33,191 bases of DNA from Acidobacteriota bacterium (GCA_043807175.1 JAZDGE010000131.1:1-33191); one strand, 5' to 3'. Numbered from the stretch's first letter, positions 20,589 to 30,000 are shown. Program-made: numbers and translations. The notes: generated from the letters alone by a model not told the origin.

Positions 20589-20659
20589 GGGCGGGGGACG
20601 GGCGGGTGGGTCTTCTGGGTGGGGCGTGGGGGAAACTGTCGACTGTCAACTGTCGACTC
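20589..20659 (+). repeat. G-rich core plus CTGTCGA/CTGTCAA heptamers, forward copy
   Basis: GGGCGGGGGACGGGCGGGTGGGTCTTCTGGGTGGGGCGTGGGGGAAACTGTCGACTGTCAACTGTCGACTC. Its inverted partner is at 22136-22212. Confidence 0.9.
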
Positions 20660-20784
20660 AAGGCTCCGCCAACACCACGCAGCCAGTGGCCACAACCCCA
20701 AACGAGCGGCATACGGCAGCCTCTCGTCGGTTTGAGGCGGAGCCTCCCTGGGCTATCATCGCCGTGGTGCCAGCGGGAGGGCGC

Positions 20785-22095
20785 ATGCGAACTGGCCGAT
20801 TCTCATTGCTCGCAGGAGTCGTGATCCTGGGTCTCGCGCTGATCCCCGTTGTGCTTGCGGGCCCACTGCCAGCGGGTAGTGAGGAGGCTGCCAAGGCGGC
20901 CGGTGAGGCGGCCCGCGATCCCTACACCGTCGTCGTCACCGACGAGATGCGCGCCCACCAGCGCTGGCTCGACACCCTTTACTTCGCTGGCGCGCTGTAT
21001 GGCTTCGTCGCCCTGCTCGCGGTGCTGGCGCTCGGCATCTCGCGACGACTGCGCGACCTCGCCCAGCGGGTCACCAGCCGGCGCTTCCTCGGCGCCATGG
21101 TGTTCTTTGCCCTGTTCTCCGCCGTGATGACGCTCCTCACCATCCCGCTCGACTATCTTTCCGGCTACTTCGTGCCGCACCGCTTCAACCTCTCCGAGCA
21201 GAGCTTACCCGCCTGGTTGTGGGACCAACTCAAGGGCTTTCTGCTCGGCATCGCGCTCGGTGCGCCGGTAATGGCGCTGGCGCTTGGCGGCATCCGGCGG
21301 GTGCGGCGCTGGTGGCTGGCGCTGTGGATCGGCGCGGCGCCGATCGCCGTCTTTCTCATCCTCATCGGCCCGGTCGTGCTCGATCCGGTCTTCAACAAGT
21401 TTGAGCCGCTCAAGGACGAGGCGCTGAAGACCGAGCTTCTCGACCTCGCGTCGGCGGCCGGGATCACCGGCGGGCGCGTCTTCGAGGTCGACAAGTCAAA
21501 GCAGACGACGACGATGAACGCCTATGTGAACGGCCTCGGACCGACCAAGCGAATCGTCCTGTGGGACACCATCATCGCCAAGATGGACCACGACGAGCTG
21601 CGCTTCGTGATGGCCCACGAGATGGGCCACTATGTCCTGCATCACATGTGGAAGGGGCTCGCTTTCATCCTCGCCTTGCTCTTTGTCGTGCTCCTCGTCG
21701 GCCAGCGCGTCGTCGAGTGGGCGACGCGTCGCTGGGGTGGTGGCTGGGGGTTCGAGGTGCCCCACGATCCAGCCGCCGTTCCGCTCCTGCTGCTGGTCGT
21801 GAGCGCCGGCATGTTTCTGCTGACGCCGGTCATGAATGGGTTCTCGCGGGCGATCGAGCGCGAGTCGGACATCTTCTCGCTCGAGCTGACCCACCTCAAC
21901 GACGCCGGCGCCCGCAGCTTCGTCAAGTTCGCCGAGGACTCCAAAGTCCTACCCGACCCCCATCCCTTCGTCCGCTTCTGGCGCTACTCCCACCCCACGC
22001 TCGCCGAGCGGGTCAAGTTCTGCCGGAGCTACAAGCCCTGGGTGGAGGGCCTGCCGAACACGATGTGGCGGCCAGCAGCCCCGGCGGCCAACTAG
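20785..22095 (+). CDS. M48-family (Ste24/HtpX-like) zinc metallopeptidase with N-terminal multi-TM domain
   Basis: HEMGHYVLHH zinc motif, downstream E (ERESD), several TM helices. ORF 20563.. trimmed to ATG 20785 (RBS GGGAGG); the upstream codons read through the repeat. Confidence 0.88.
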   Translation: MRTGRFSLLAGVVILGLALIPVVLAGPLPAGSEEAAKAAGEAARDPYTVVVTDEMRAHQRWLDTLYFAGALYGFVALLAVLALGISRRLRDLAQRVTSRRFLGAMVFFALFSAVMTLLTIPLDYLSGYFVPHRFNLSEQSLPAWLWDQLKGFLLGIALGAPVMALALGGIRRVRRWWLALWIGAAPIAVFLILIGPVVLDPVFNKFEPLKDEALKTELLDLASAAGITGGRVFEVDKSKQTTTMNAYVNGLGPTKRIVLWDTIIAKMDHDELRFVMAHEMGHYVLHHMWKGLAFILALLFVVLLVGQRVVEWATRRWGGGWGFEVPHDPAAVPLLLLVVSAGMFLLTPVMNGFSRAIERESDIFSLELTHLNDAGARSFVKFAEDSKVLPDPHPFVRFWRYSHPTLAERVKFCRSYKPWVEGLPNTMWRPAAPAAN

Positions 22096-22135
22096 TGCGG
22101 CGGCGCCTCAAGCTGACGAGGCGAAGTCGCGCGTT

Positions 22136-22212
22136 GGAAGTTGACAGTTGACAGTCGACGGTTTCCACCACCCAACACCCAGGGAACCCGCCCGCCAGTC
22201 CCCCGCCCCCGC
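22136..22212 (-). repeat. G-rich core plus heptamers, inverted copy
   Basis: The reverse complement reads GCGGGGGCGGGGGACTGGCGGGCGGGTTCCCTGGGTGTTGGGTGGTGGAAACCGTCGACTGTCAACTGTCAACTTCC. Confidence 0.9.
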
Positions 22213-22305
22213 GCAGGTCGCGAAGAACTTGCCCTGTTCGAAAAGATCCTCGGCGTGCAAGCGCTCCTGGTTCCGGCAGCAGCCGTATCGCGCTAGACTT
22301 GGGCC

Positions 22306-22713
22306 ATGGAAATCAAGGGCGCAGGCGGGACTCCCGGCGGCTTCGCAGCCTTCTTCGGCGGCCTGGCGATGGTGGCGGTTGGCGGCTACCTTCTCCTCAA
22401 CCAAGTGACCGTTCACTCCGGCTGGTGGTCGTGGTTCAGCGGCAACGCCTTCGGCCTCACGCTGGTGCCGCTCTTGGTGGGAATCGGCTTCCTCTTCTTC
22501 GACGGCCGCAGCAAGCCCGGCTGGGTGCTCACCACCCTCGGCGCGCTGATCATCGTCGCCGGGATCATCACCAACCTGCGCATCTACTTCCGCCCCACCA
22601 GCCTGTTCAACACCTTGCTGATGCTGGGGCTGATGGCCGCCGGCCTGGGCCTAATCGCCCGCTCGCTGCGCCCCGCGCCGCCGAGCGCGGCCCCTCCTGG
22701 CCCGGCCGCCTGA
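22306..22713 (+). CDS. Small hypothetical membrane protein (four predicted TM helices)
   Basis: ORF with GC3-rich codons and hydrophobic segments (FAAFFGGLAMVAVGGYLLL; LTLVPLLVGIGFLFF; WVLTTLGALIIVAGII; LLMLGLMAAGLGLIA). No family recognised. Confidence 0.65.
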   Translation: MEIKGAGGTPGGFAAFFGGLAMVAVGGYLLLNQVTVHSGWWSWFSGNAFGLTLVPLLVGIGFLFFDGRSKPGWVLTTLGALIIVAGIITNLRIYFRPTSLFNTLLMLGLMAAGLGLIARSLRPAPPSAAPPGPAA

Positions 22714-22734
22714 CCGGCGCCGGCAGGGCGCCGG
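22714..22734 (+). terminator. GC hairpin immediately after the stop codon (CCGGCGCC-ggcag-GGCGCCGG)
   Basis: Perfect 8-bp stem read directly. No U-tract. Confidence 0.3.
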
Positions 22735-23036
22735 GCTGGCCGCCAGCTCCGCGTCTCGATGCACCGGGACGCCGCACTGGTTCTGAAGGGAAACGGTTGA
22801 CGCCGGTGGACTCACTGCGGCGAGCCTGCACCGTCCTGGATTGGTGCAAGGCCACGAAATCTGACGTATTTTGAGATTCGCGCAGCGCCAACGGTCCCGG
22901 AGAGGGCAGCGTCGAGCTGATCGGTGGTGCGCTCCAACGCCTTGTCAAGAGTGTTGGGCCCCACTCTGGCACCCACTCGGCGGTGCGAGGAAGCTCTCGT
23001 CGCCGTAGGCCCATACCCGCCGGGGCGCCGGGTGAT

Positions 23037-23060
23037 CCCGGAACCGACAACCGGGAACCG
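23037..23060. repeat. Short heptamer array CCGGAAC CGACAAC CGGGAAC abutting the stop of the zinc-ribbon gene
   Basis: Read directly. The CGACAAC word is shared with 8421-8434 and 18190-18215. Confidence 0.6.
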
Positions 23061-24215
23061 TCAGCCAGGCGGTCGGGGGCCGCCGCACCTGGGACAGGCG
23101 GCGGGGTGGCAGGCGCGGCAGTACGGCTTGCCGCAGCCGGGGCAGTCGCCGTGGGCGGGTGGGCTGACGAGGTGCAGGGCGTCGTCGCACACGACGCGCT
23201 GGCGCTCGGCGGTGAAGGTGTGCTCGCAGGGCAGGGGCTCGAGCCGCTTGGCCCACGGGTTCCAGTCGAGGACGAGACGGCGCTCGCCCTTGCGGCGCCG
23301 GATGAGAAACGAGAAGCGCTGCACCGGCATCAGGAGCTCGAGGGTCTGGAGCCACTGCACCTCGATGTTCATGGCGTACTTCTGGCGCAGGTCTGCGACC
23401 TTGAGGTGGTACTCCCGGGCGATCGCCTCGAGGCGTCCGGCGACGAGGTCGGGATCGAGGCCGCCGCCCGCTGGCCGCTCCTTGGTGCGCCCAGCGGCGT
23501 GTCGCGCGTAGCACTCCTGGCGGAGCTCGGAGTAGTAAGTGAGGAGGCGCGCGAGGTCTCGGTTTTGGCGCCGCCGCATGCCGGCCAGAAACGGTGCGAG
23601 CAGCTCGTCCAGGCGCCCCGGAAGGGCGCGTGCCACCACCCCCGCGAGCCGCGGCTCGTCCCACGGCGGCGGCAGCTCGGCCCGCTCGGGCGGCGCGGCG
23701 AGGTGCATCACCTTGTCGCTCGCCGCCGCCTCCAGCAACGCCTCGCGCAGGCCATCGATGGTGCTGCCGGTGGCGAGGTTGAGGCCGAGCTGGAGCAGGC
23801 CCTCGTGCTTGTCGTCGGAGACCGCCGTGTAGCGGAAGGTGATGATGACGTAGCGCGTCCACGCCGGTGCGACGCCGGTGAGCCGGTAGGTGGCGTTGGC
23901 GAGCACCAGGGTGTGCGCGGCCACTCGCTCGGGGTCGCCCGGCGCCGGGCAGTCCATGAGGAGGGTCTGGAGATCGTGGCGACCGCGGCCGCCGAGCAGC
24001 TCGTCGAGGCGCTGCAGCCAGTCGCTGTCGAGGGTCACACGCTGGCTCGCGCCGGCGCGTGCCGGGCCGAACGAGAGCCGTGCCCACTCGTCGAGGTGCA
24101 GGCACCGCTGCACGTGCGGCGGGCTGACGACATCGAGGATCTCCGGCGAGGAGCGGTCGACAATGGCGCCCTCCCTCTGCAGCAGCTCAGTGAGAAGCTC
24201 GGCGAGCAGGCTCAT
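23061..24215 (-). CDS. Uncharacterised 384-aa protein with C-terminal triple-CxxC zinc-ribbon; partner of the SNF2 ATPase
   Basis: Within ORF 23061..24776, ATG 24215 lies 4 nt after the helicase stop. Codons are GC3-rich and composition is balanced (W, Y, F, K, N, I, M present), unlike the R/P/A-rich or V/G/E/H-rich competing frames. It ends ...CEH..x13..CDD..x15..CPGCGKPYCRACHPAACPRCGG. No enzymatic motif recognised. Confidence 0.75.
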   Translation of the reverse strand: MSLLAELLTELLQREGAIVDRSSPEILDVVSPPHVQRCLHLDEWARLSFGPARAGASQRVTLDSDWLQRLDELLGGRGRHDLQTLLMDCPAPGDPERVAAHTLVLANATYRLTGVAPAWTRYVIITFRYTAVSDDKHEGLLQLGLNLATGSTIDGLREALLEAAASDKVMHLAAPPERAELPPPWDEPRLAGVVARALPGRLDELLAPFLAGMRRRQNRDLARLLTYYSELRQECYARHAAGRTKERPAGGGLDPDLVAGRLEAIAREYHLKVADLRQKYAMNIEVQWLQTLELLMPVQRFSFLIRRRKGERRLVLDWNPWAKRLEPLPCEHTFTAERQRVVCDDALHLVSPPAHGDCPGCGKPYCRACHPAACPRCGGPRPPG

Positions 24216-24219
24216 GCCG

Positions 24220-26565
24220 CTACCCCACCTCGAGGTCGTCGCCGAAGAGCTCGCCGTCCAGCGCCTTGACGGCCTCGTAGTCGTGCTTCGCCGCCGCCAG
24301 GCGGTCACCAAGGGCGGCGAACGCCTGCGGGCGCTCCGCCTGAGTGCTGCCCACCCAGGCGGCGTAGACCAGCTCCGAGAAGTCCTGGCTCTCGTCGAGC
24401 TCGCCGAGGATGACGTCGATCTCGCCGACGACCAGCTCGAACATGTGGATCTTCTCCTCGAGGATGGTGAGGAGGTGCTCCTCGAGAGTGTTGCGGACGG
24501 CGAGGTTGAAGACGAACACCTCCCGTTGCTGGCCGATGCGGTGGATGCGGCCGATGCGCTGCTCGATCGCCATCGGGTTCCACGGCAGGTCGAAGTTGAT
24601 GAGGGTGTTGCAGAACTGGAGGTTGCGGCCCTCACCGCCGGACTGGCTGCACAGCAGCACCGGCGCCGAGTCGCGGAAGCGCGCCACCGCCGCGTCCTTG
24701 TCCGGCCCCGACAGGCTGCCGTCGAAGCGCGCCAGGCAAATGCCCTCGCGCGCAAGCCGCTCCTCGAGGCTTTCAAGGGTGGCGCGGTGGTGCGCGAAGA
24801 CCATCTTCTTCTCCTCCGGGTTGCGCCGGAGCAGGCCGAGCAGCGCCTCCTCCTTCACGCTCGTGGAGAGCTCGCGGTAGCGCGCGTGGAGGTCGTGCCA
24901 GCGCCGGTCGCCCCCGCCGCCGGTCGTGAAGCTGGCGATCGCCGCCCTCGCCGCAGCCGGCGCGGAGCCGGCGGCCGCCAGCAGATGGCGCAGCACCAGG
25001 CGGCGGTTGGCCTGAAGGACGCGGTGCTCCGCCTGCACCAGGACCGACAGCTCCTCGTAGCATGCGCTCTCGTCCTCGCTCGGCGCGAGCTTGCTCGTGA
25101 GGGCATGGCGGGGCGGCAGGCGCACGTCGACGAGCGAGCGGGTGTTGCGGATCATCACGTCGCGCATGAGGGTGCGCAGGCGCTCCCGGTTGGCCGGCTG
25201 CCGGGGCTTGCCGGGCCTCATGTACTGCGCTCGGAACTCCCTCTCCGTCTTGAAGATGCCAGGCTTGAGGAGGGTCAGCAGGTTGTACAGCTCGACGAGG
25301 CTGTTCTGCACCGGGGTGGCGGAGAGCAGGAGCAGGAAGCGGCGCTGCAGCCCGTCGACGAGCTTCCAGTTGGCGGTGGAGCGGTTCTTCAGGTGGTGCG
25401 CCTCGTCGACGACGACGAGGTCCCAGCTCTGCGCTCCGACGATGGCGGCGTGCTCCTCCCGCCGCGCCGCCGCGATCGAGGCGATGATCCGCGGCTGCCG
25501 CCAGAACGCCTTGGGGTCGCTGCGCAGCAACGCGTCCTCGGTGGTGGCGAGCTCGAGGAAGAACTTGCTCTCCATCTCCTCCCGCCACTGGCCGACGAGC
25601 GAGGCGGGGGTGAGGATCAGGACCTTCTCGACCATGCCGCGCAGCAGGTACTCCTTGAGGACCATCCCCGCCTCGATCGTCTTGCCCAGCCCCACCTCGT
25701 CGGCGAGCAGCACTCTGCCGTGGTACTGCCGCAGCACCTTGCGCACCGTCTCGACCTGGTACCAGTAGGTGTCCACCCCGAGCAGGTGGGGCAGGCACAT
25801 GAGCTCGTCGTAGTCGAGCGCGAGGCCGAGGCGCGCGAGCTGCGAGCGGAGGCGAAACCAGTGGGCGGTGTCGCCGCCGCCCCTGCGCGCGGCAGGGATC
25901 CAGCCGGCTGGCGCTGGAAGCGCCAGGCGGACGGGGATCTCGGCGTTGAAGCGGGGCAGCCCGGGTGGCGCTTCCGAGCGCGCCGGTACGGCTTTGGCCG
26001 GCTCGGCAGGCGCGGCTCGCGAGGACACAGGCGCAGGGCTACTCGTGGTGCGGGCCTGGAGTGGCGCTCTTGCAGCGGCCGCCTTCGGGGGCGGCGGCGC
26101 CGTGAGGCGGGCGCTCTCGGCGTGGATGCGTCCGATCCACGTGCCCACCAGCTTCCGGACACGCGGGATGCGAGGCAGCCAGAAGGCGGCCTCACTCACC
26201 CGGTCGAGACCATGGGCGGCCAGCAGGTTGGCGGCTAGCGACCAGCGCCGCTGCTGGGCCTCGGCGAGCGCCTGGAGCACGAGCTCCCCCGGGCGTGGCA
26301 CCCAGCGCTTCGCCAGCCGCTTGAGGTAGCGCAAGCAGCGTTCGGGGTGCTCCACGACCAACGCTGCAAGCGCCGCGGCGAAGAGGATGGTGGGGTGGGA
26401 CGGGAACTCGGCGAGTGCCTGCTCGGCCTCGTCCAGCACCTGCTCGCTGCCGCTTTCCAGGAGATCGTAGAGGTGCTGCCACCTGAATTCCGGCCCCGAA
26501 GGCGGGTCCGATTCCGGGATCTCCATGGGCTCGAGGTCGAATGGGCTGCGAGGTGGTGGCTTCAT
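24220..26565 (-). CDS. SNF2-family (SF2) DNA-dependent ATPase/helicase with a novel ~265-aa N-terminal region
   Basis: Motifs LLADEVGLGKT (I), VVVDEAHHLKN (II), LLLSATPVQNS (III), GGEGRNLQ (V), QRIGRIHRIGQ (VI). The ORF opens at GTG 26712, but codons 1-49 have more A/T in third positions than the codons after ATG 26565. GGAGA lies 3 nt before ATG 26565 (MKPPPRS), the preferred start. Confidence 0.9.
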   Translation of the reverse strand: MKPPPRSPFDLEPMEIPESDPPSGPEFRWQHLYDLLESGSEQVLDEAEQALAEFPSHPTILFAAALAALVVEHPERCLRYLKRLAKRWVPRPGELVLQALAEAQQRRWSLAANLLAAHGLDRVSEAAFWLPRIPRVRKLVGTWIGRIHAESARLTAPPPPKAAAARAPLQARTTSSPAPVSSRAAPAEPAKAVPARSEAPPGLPRFNAEIPVRLALPAPAGWIPAARRGGGDTAHWFRLRSQLARLGLALDYDELMCLPHLLGVDTYWYQVETVRKVLRQYHGRVLLADEVGLGKTIEAGMVLKEYLLRGMVEKVLILTPASLVGQWREEMESKFFLELATTEDALLRSDPKAFWRQPRIIASIAAARREEHAAIVGAQSWDLVVVDEAHHLKNRSTANWKLVDGLQRRFLLLLSATPVQNSLVELYNLLTLLKPGIFKTEREFRAQYMRPGKPRQPANRERLRTLMRDVMIRNTRSLVDVRLPPRHALTSKLAPSEDESACYEELSVLVQAEHRVLQANRRLVLRHLLAAAGSAPAAARAAIASFTTGGGGDRRWHDLHARYRELSTSVKEEALLGLLRRNPEEKKMVFAHHRATLESLEERLAREGICLARFDGSLSGPDKDAAVARFRDSAPVLLCSQSGGEGRNLQFCNTLINFDLPWNPMAIEQRIGRIHRIGQQREVFVFNLAVRNTLEEHLLTILEEKIHMFELVVGEIDVILGELDESQDFSELVYAAWVGSTQAERPQAFAALGDRLAAAKHDYEAVKALDGELFGDDLEVG

Positions 26566-26731
26566 CCGTCTCCGGGTCCGGCCAAGCCTACCCGTGCGCG
26601 AGCGGGCGTACAAGTGCCGCGGCGTTGGGGACGGGCAGGGGCGTGGGTCGCCGCTTGCCAGCGCCCGAGGTGGATCTGCCATTTTGGAGGCTGCCGAGGG
26701 TGCGAGGCCCACCTAACATGACACACCTGCG

Positions 26732-26905
26732 TCATTGCGGCGCACTCGCAGCACCAGCAAGCGCGGCGTCAACCTCCTCGTAGGCGCGCCGGAACGTCTC
26801 GTCACGACCCCGCAGCTCACCCGCCCACGCCGCCCATCGGCTCACCACCTCCGGACGCCGCCGGCGGTTGTGCTGCAAGCCGAAGCGGCCCTGGATGTGG
26901 GCCAT
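26732..26905 (-). CDS. Possible small ORF (57 aa) upstream of the SNF2 gene
   Basis: MAHIQGRFGLQHNRRRRPEVVSRWAAWAGELRGRDETFRRAYEEVDAALAG... GC3-rich, same strand, ends 19 nt before GTG 26712. No RBS or homology support. Confidence 0.25.
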   Translation of the reverse strand: MAHIQGRFGLQHNRRRRPEVVSRWAAWAGELRGRDETFRRAYEEVDAALAGAASAPQ

Positions 26906-27093
26906 GGTGCGGGCGAGCGAGACCGCGCCGGTGCGGACTGCCAGGTGGGAGTGGTGGGCGTGCCCCCTCCGGGCCGGCGGCGCCTTGAGCTGCCGCGTAT
27001 GCCTCGGCCGAGCGTGTTTTGGGCTACCATCGAGGTGGCGACGCGGACGAACCGACGGATGTCCCGACAGGCGGGACGGGGGGCACAGGGGGA

Positions 27094-30000
27094 ATGGTGC
27101 GGATGGCGCCGACGAGGGCGGAGAGATGGCCCGCAAACGGGGCCGGGCGGGGTTTCTTCTGCGGCGCCTGGGGCATCCTCGCCCTTGTCGCAGGTGCCGC
27201 CCACGCCCTCGATCCCGACAAGGCGCTCACCCAGTACATCCACGAGAGGTGGGAAGCCGGGCAGGGTCTGCCCCAGAACTCGGTCCAGGCGCTGCTCCAG
27301 GCCCGTGACGGCTACCTCTGGGTTGCCACGCAAGAGGGATTGGCGCGCTTCGACGGCGTGCGGTTCGAGGTCTTCGACACCAGGAACTCGCCGGCGCTCA
27401 GCAACAACTTCATCCGCGCGTTGTTCGAAGACCGCCAAGGGGAGCTGTGGATCGGCACCAACGGCGGCGGGCTTGTCCACCTCAGCGAGCGGGGGATGAC
27501 CGCCGTAACGGTCGCGGACGGGCTGCCCAGCAACCGCGTCCTTGCCGTGTGCGAAGCGGGTAAAGGGGCGCTGTGGGTCGGCACGGACGCCGGCTTGGCC
27601 CGGCTGGAAAACGGGGTGGTCGTCCGCGGCGCGGCCGTCGACCTGCCCACCGACCTCGTGCGTGCCCTCCTGTGTACGGAAGATGGCGCACTGTGGGTGG
27701 GCACCGATGCCGGCCTGGTCCGGCTCGCCGGTGGCGGGCTCATCAGGTACACGACCGCGACCGGGCTGCCCAACAACCACGTCCGCGCCATGCTGCTCTC
27801 CCACGGCGAGCTATGGGTGGGGACCGACGGAGGCCTGGTGCGCTTTGCGGGGTTCGCCTCGCACGGCAGCGCACCGCAGACGTGGGTGCCACGGCGGCGC
27901 GTCACCGCGCTGTACCAGGACCGCCACGGCAGTCTCTGGATCGGCACCAACGCCGGGCTCTTCCGACTCCGTGGCGGCGCCCTCTCGGCCTTGACGAGCT
28001 CCGATGGGCTGCCCGATGACAACATCCTATCGCTCTTGGCGGATCGCGAGGGCAGCCTGTGGGTCGGCACCGGCAGCGGCGGGCTCAACCGCCTGCGCGA
28101 CGGCAAGGTCACGGTCTTCGCGGCGAGGGAAGGCTTGGGGAACGACAAGGTAAGGACGATCTACGAGGACGCGCAAGGGGTGGTCTGGGTCGGCACCGAC
28201 GGGGGCCTTTCCCGCATGGAGGGGGGCAGGATAACTACGCTGTCCACGCAGGAAGGCCTGCCCAGCAAGAAGGTCACCTCCGTGTACGCCGACGGAAAGG
28301 GGACCCTGTGGGTCGGGACTTACGGGGCTGGGCTGGGACGAGTGAGCAACGGCGTTGTTCGCACCATCTCCAGCAGGGACGGGCTGTCGCACGACGTGAT
28401 CACGGTCATCCAGGGCGACCGCGCGGGCGACCTCTGGGTGGGCACCGGCAGCGGGCTCAACCGTCTCCGGGACGGGCGAATCACCCCCTTTGCCGGCAGT
28501 GACCGCCTCGCCGACGAGGCGGTGATGTTCATCCATGAGGATCGAGGCGGCGCCCTGTGGATCGGCACCTACGGCGGCGGTTTGAACCGGCTGCAGGACG
28601 GGCAGCTCGCCAGCTTCACCAAGGAGGACGGCCTGTCGAGCAACATGGTCATCGCTGCCCACGAGGACGCCGAGGGGGTGCTGTGGTTCGGCACGCTGGG
28701 GGGCGGGCTGAACCGTTACCAGGGTGGTGTCTTCACCTCCTGCACCACGAAGCAGGGTCTCTTCGACGACAACGTCTTCGAGATCCTCGAGGACGACCTC
28801 GGGAACTTCTGGATCGGCTGTCACCGCGGGATCTACCGCGTCGCCAAGGGAGAGCTCAGCGCACTCGCTCAGAGCAAGGCGCGCTCGGTGTCTTGCGCCG
28901 TGTACACCGTCGCCGAGGGCATGAGGAGCAACGAGTGTGCGGGCGGTTCGCAACCGGCCGGGTGGAAGACTCGGGACGGCCGGCTGTGGTTTGCGACGAT
29001 TCAGGGCGCGGTGGTCATCGATCCGGCGAGGCCGGGGAAGAACCCGTTCCCTCCTCCCGTGCACATCGAGAAGATCACGGTCAAGGGGAGTCCGATCAAG
29101 GTCGCCACCGATCTCCGCCTGCCGCCGGGCAGCCGCAATCTCGAGATCCACTACACCGCCCTGAGCTTCGTGGACGCAAGCAAGGTGCTCTTCAAGTACC
29201 GGCTGGAGGGGTTGGACAGGGACTGGGTTGTGGCAGGCACGCGCCGGGTGGCGTACTACACGAACCTGCATCCCGGGGAGTACCGGTTCAGGGTCACCGC
29301 GTGCAACAACGACGCGGTGTGGAACGAGGCAGGCGCCGCCGTGGAGTTCACCCTCGAGCCTTACTTTTACCAGACCCGCTGGTTCTACGCGCTGGTTGTC
29401 GTGGCCGCGGCGGCCGGCACCTGGGGTGGCCTAGAGGTGCGCGTACGCAAGATGAAGCGGCGCGAGGCGGAGCTGCTCGCGCTCATCGAGGAGCGCGATC
29501 GCGCCGTCGCCAGGCTCGATCACCTCGCCCATCACGATCTCCTCACCGGCCTGCCCAACCGACTTTCGTTTTACGACGGCCTGACTCGGGCCCTGGTCGA
29601 GGAGCGCGAGAGCGGCCGGCGCTTCGCGCTGCTCCTCATCAACCTCGATCGTTTCAACGAGATCAATGACATGATGGGACACGAAGTCGGGGACATGGTG
29701 CTGCGCGCCGTGGCGAGACGACTGGGTGCGTTGCTCGGCGAAGGGGACATCGTGGCGCGCATGGGCAGCGACGAGTTCACGGTGCTGTGGCGAGGCCTGG
29801 ACCGCGACGGCGACCCGGGGCGGTTTGCGTCGCGCATCCTCGACGAGCTGTCGGCGCCGCTCCACCTCGCCGGTCAGGAGTTCCGGCTCCTCGCCAGCAT
29901 CGGTGTGGCGATTTGCCCTGCCGACGGCGACGATGTGGAGACCCTGATGAGGAACGCCGACTTCGCGATGAACAGGGCCAAGAACGAGGGTGGCCATACC

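Noticed and set aside
22607-23050. 147-aa minus ORF and a locally AT-richer patch (~22850-22880) downstream of the zinc-ribbon gene
   Set aside because: Pro/Arg/Ser/Gly-rich low-complexity translation, with no RBS or motif. A weak hairpin (TGCACC...GGTGCA, ~22828-22850) followed by TATTTT could be a terminator, but support is too thin to annotate.
22983-26238. Plus-strand ORFs 22983..24269 (428 aa) and 23890..26238 (782 aa), and minus-strand 22945..24105 and 24773..25798
   Set aside because: These are antisense or out-of-frame relative to the SNF2 motifs and the zinc-ribbon ORF. Their compositions (V/G/E/A/L/H or R/P/A) match the other shadow ORFs. Only frames 23061..24215 and 24220..26565 have balanced composition and G/C-dominated third positions.
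26732-27136. Long form (134 aa) of the small ORF, with a faint resemblance of ..HSHLAVRTGAVSLARTMAHIQGR.. to the tyrosine-recombinase box II region
   Set aside because: The resemblance needs gaps, the catalytic Tyr is absent, and the N-terminal 77 codons are Pro/Arg/Ser/His-rich (low complexity). This is insufficient to call an integrase remnant, so only the short ORF is kept, at low confidence.
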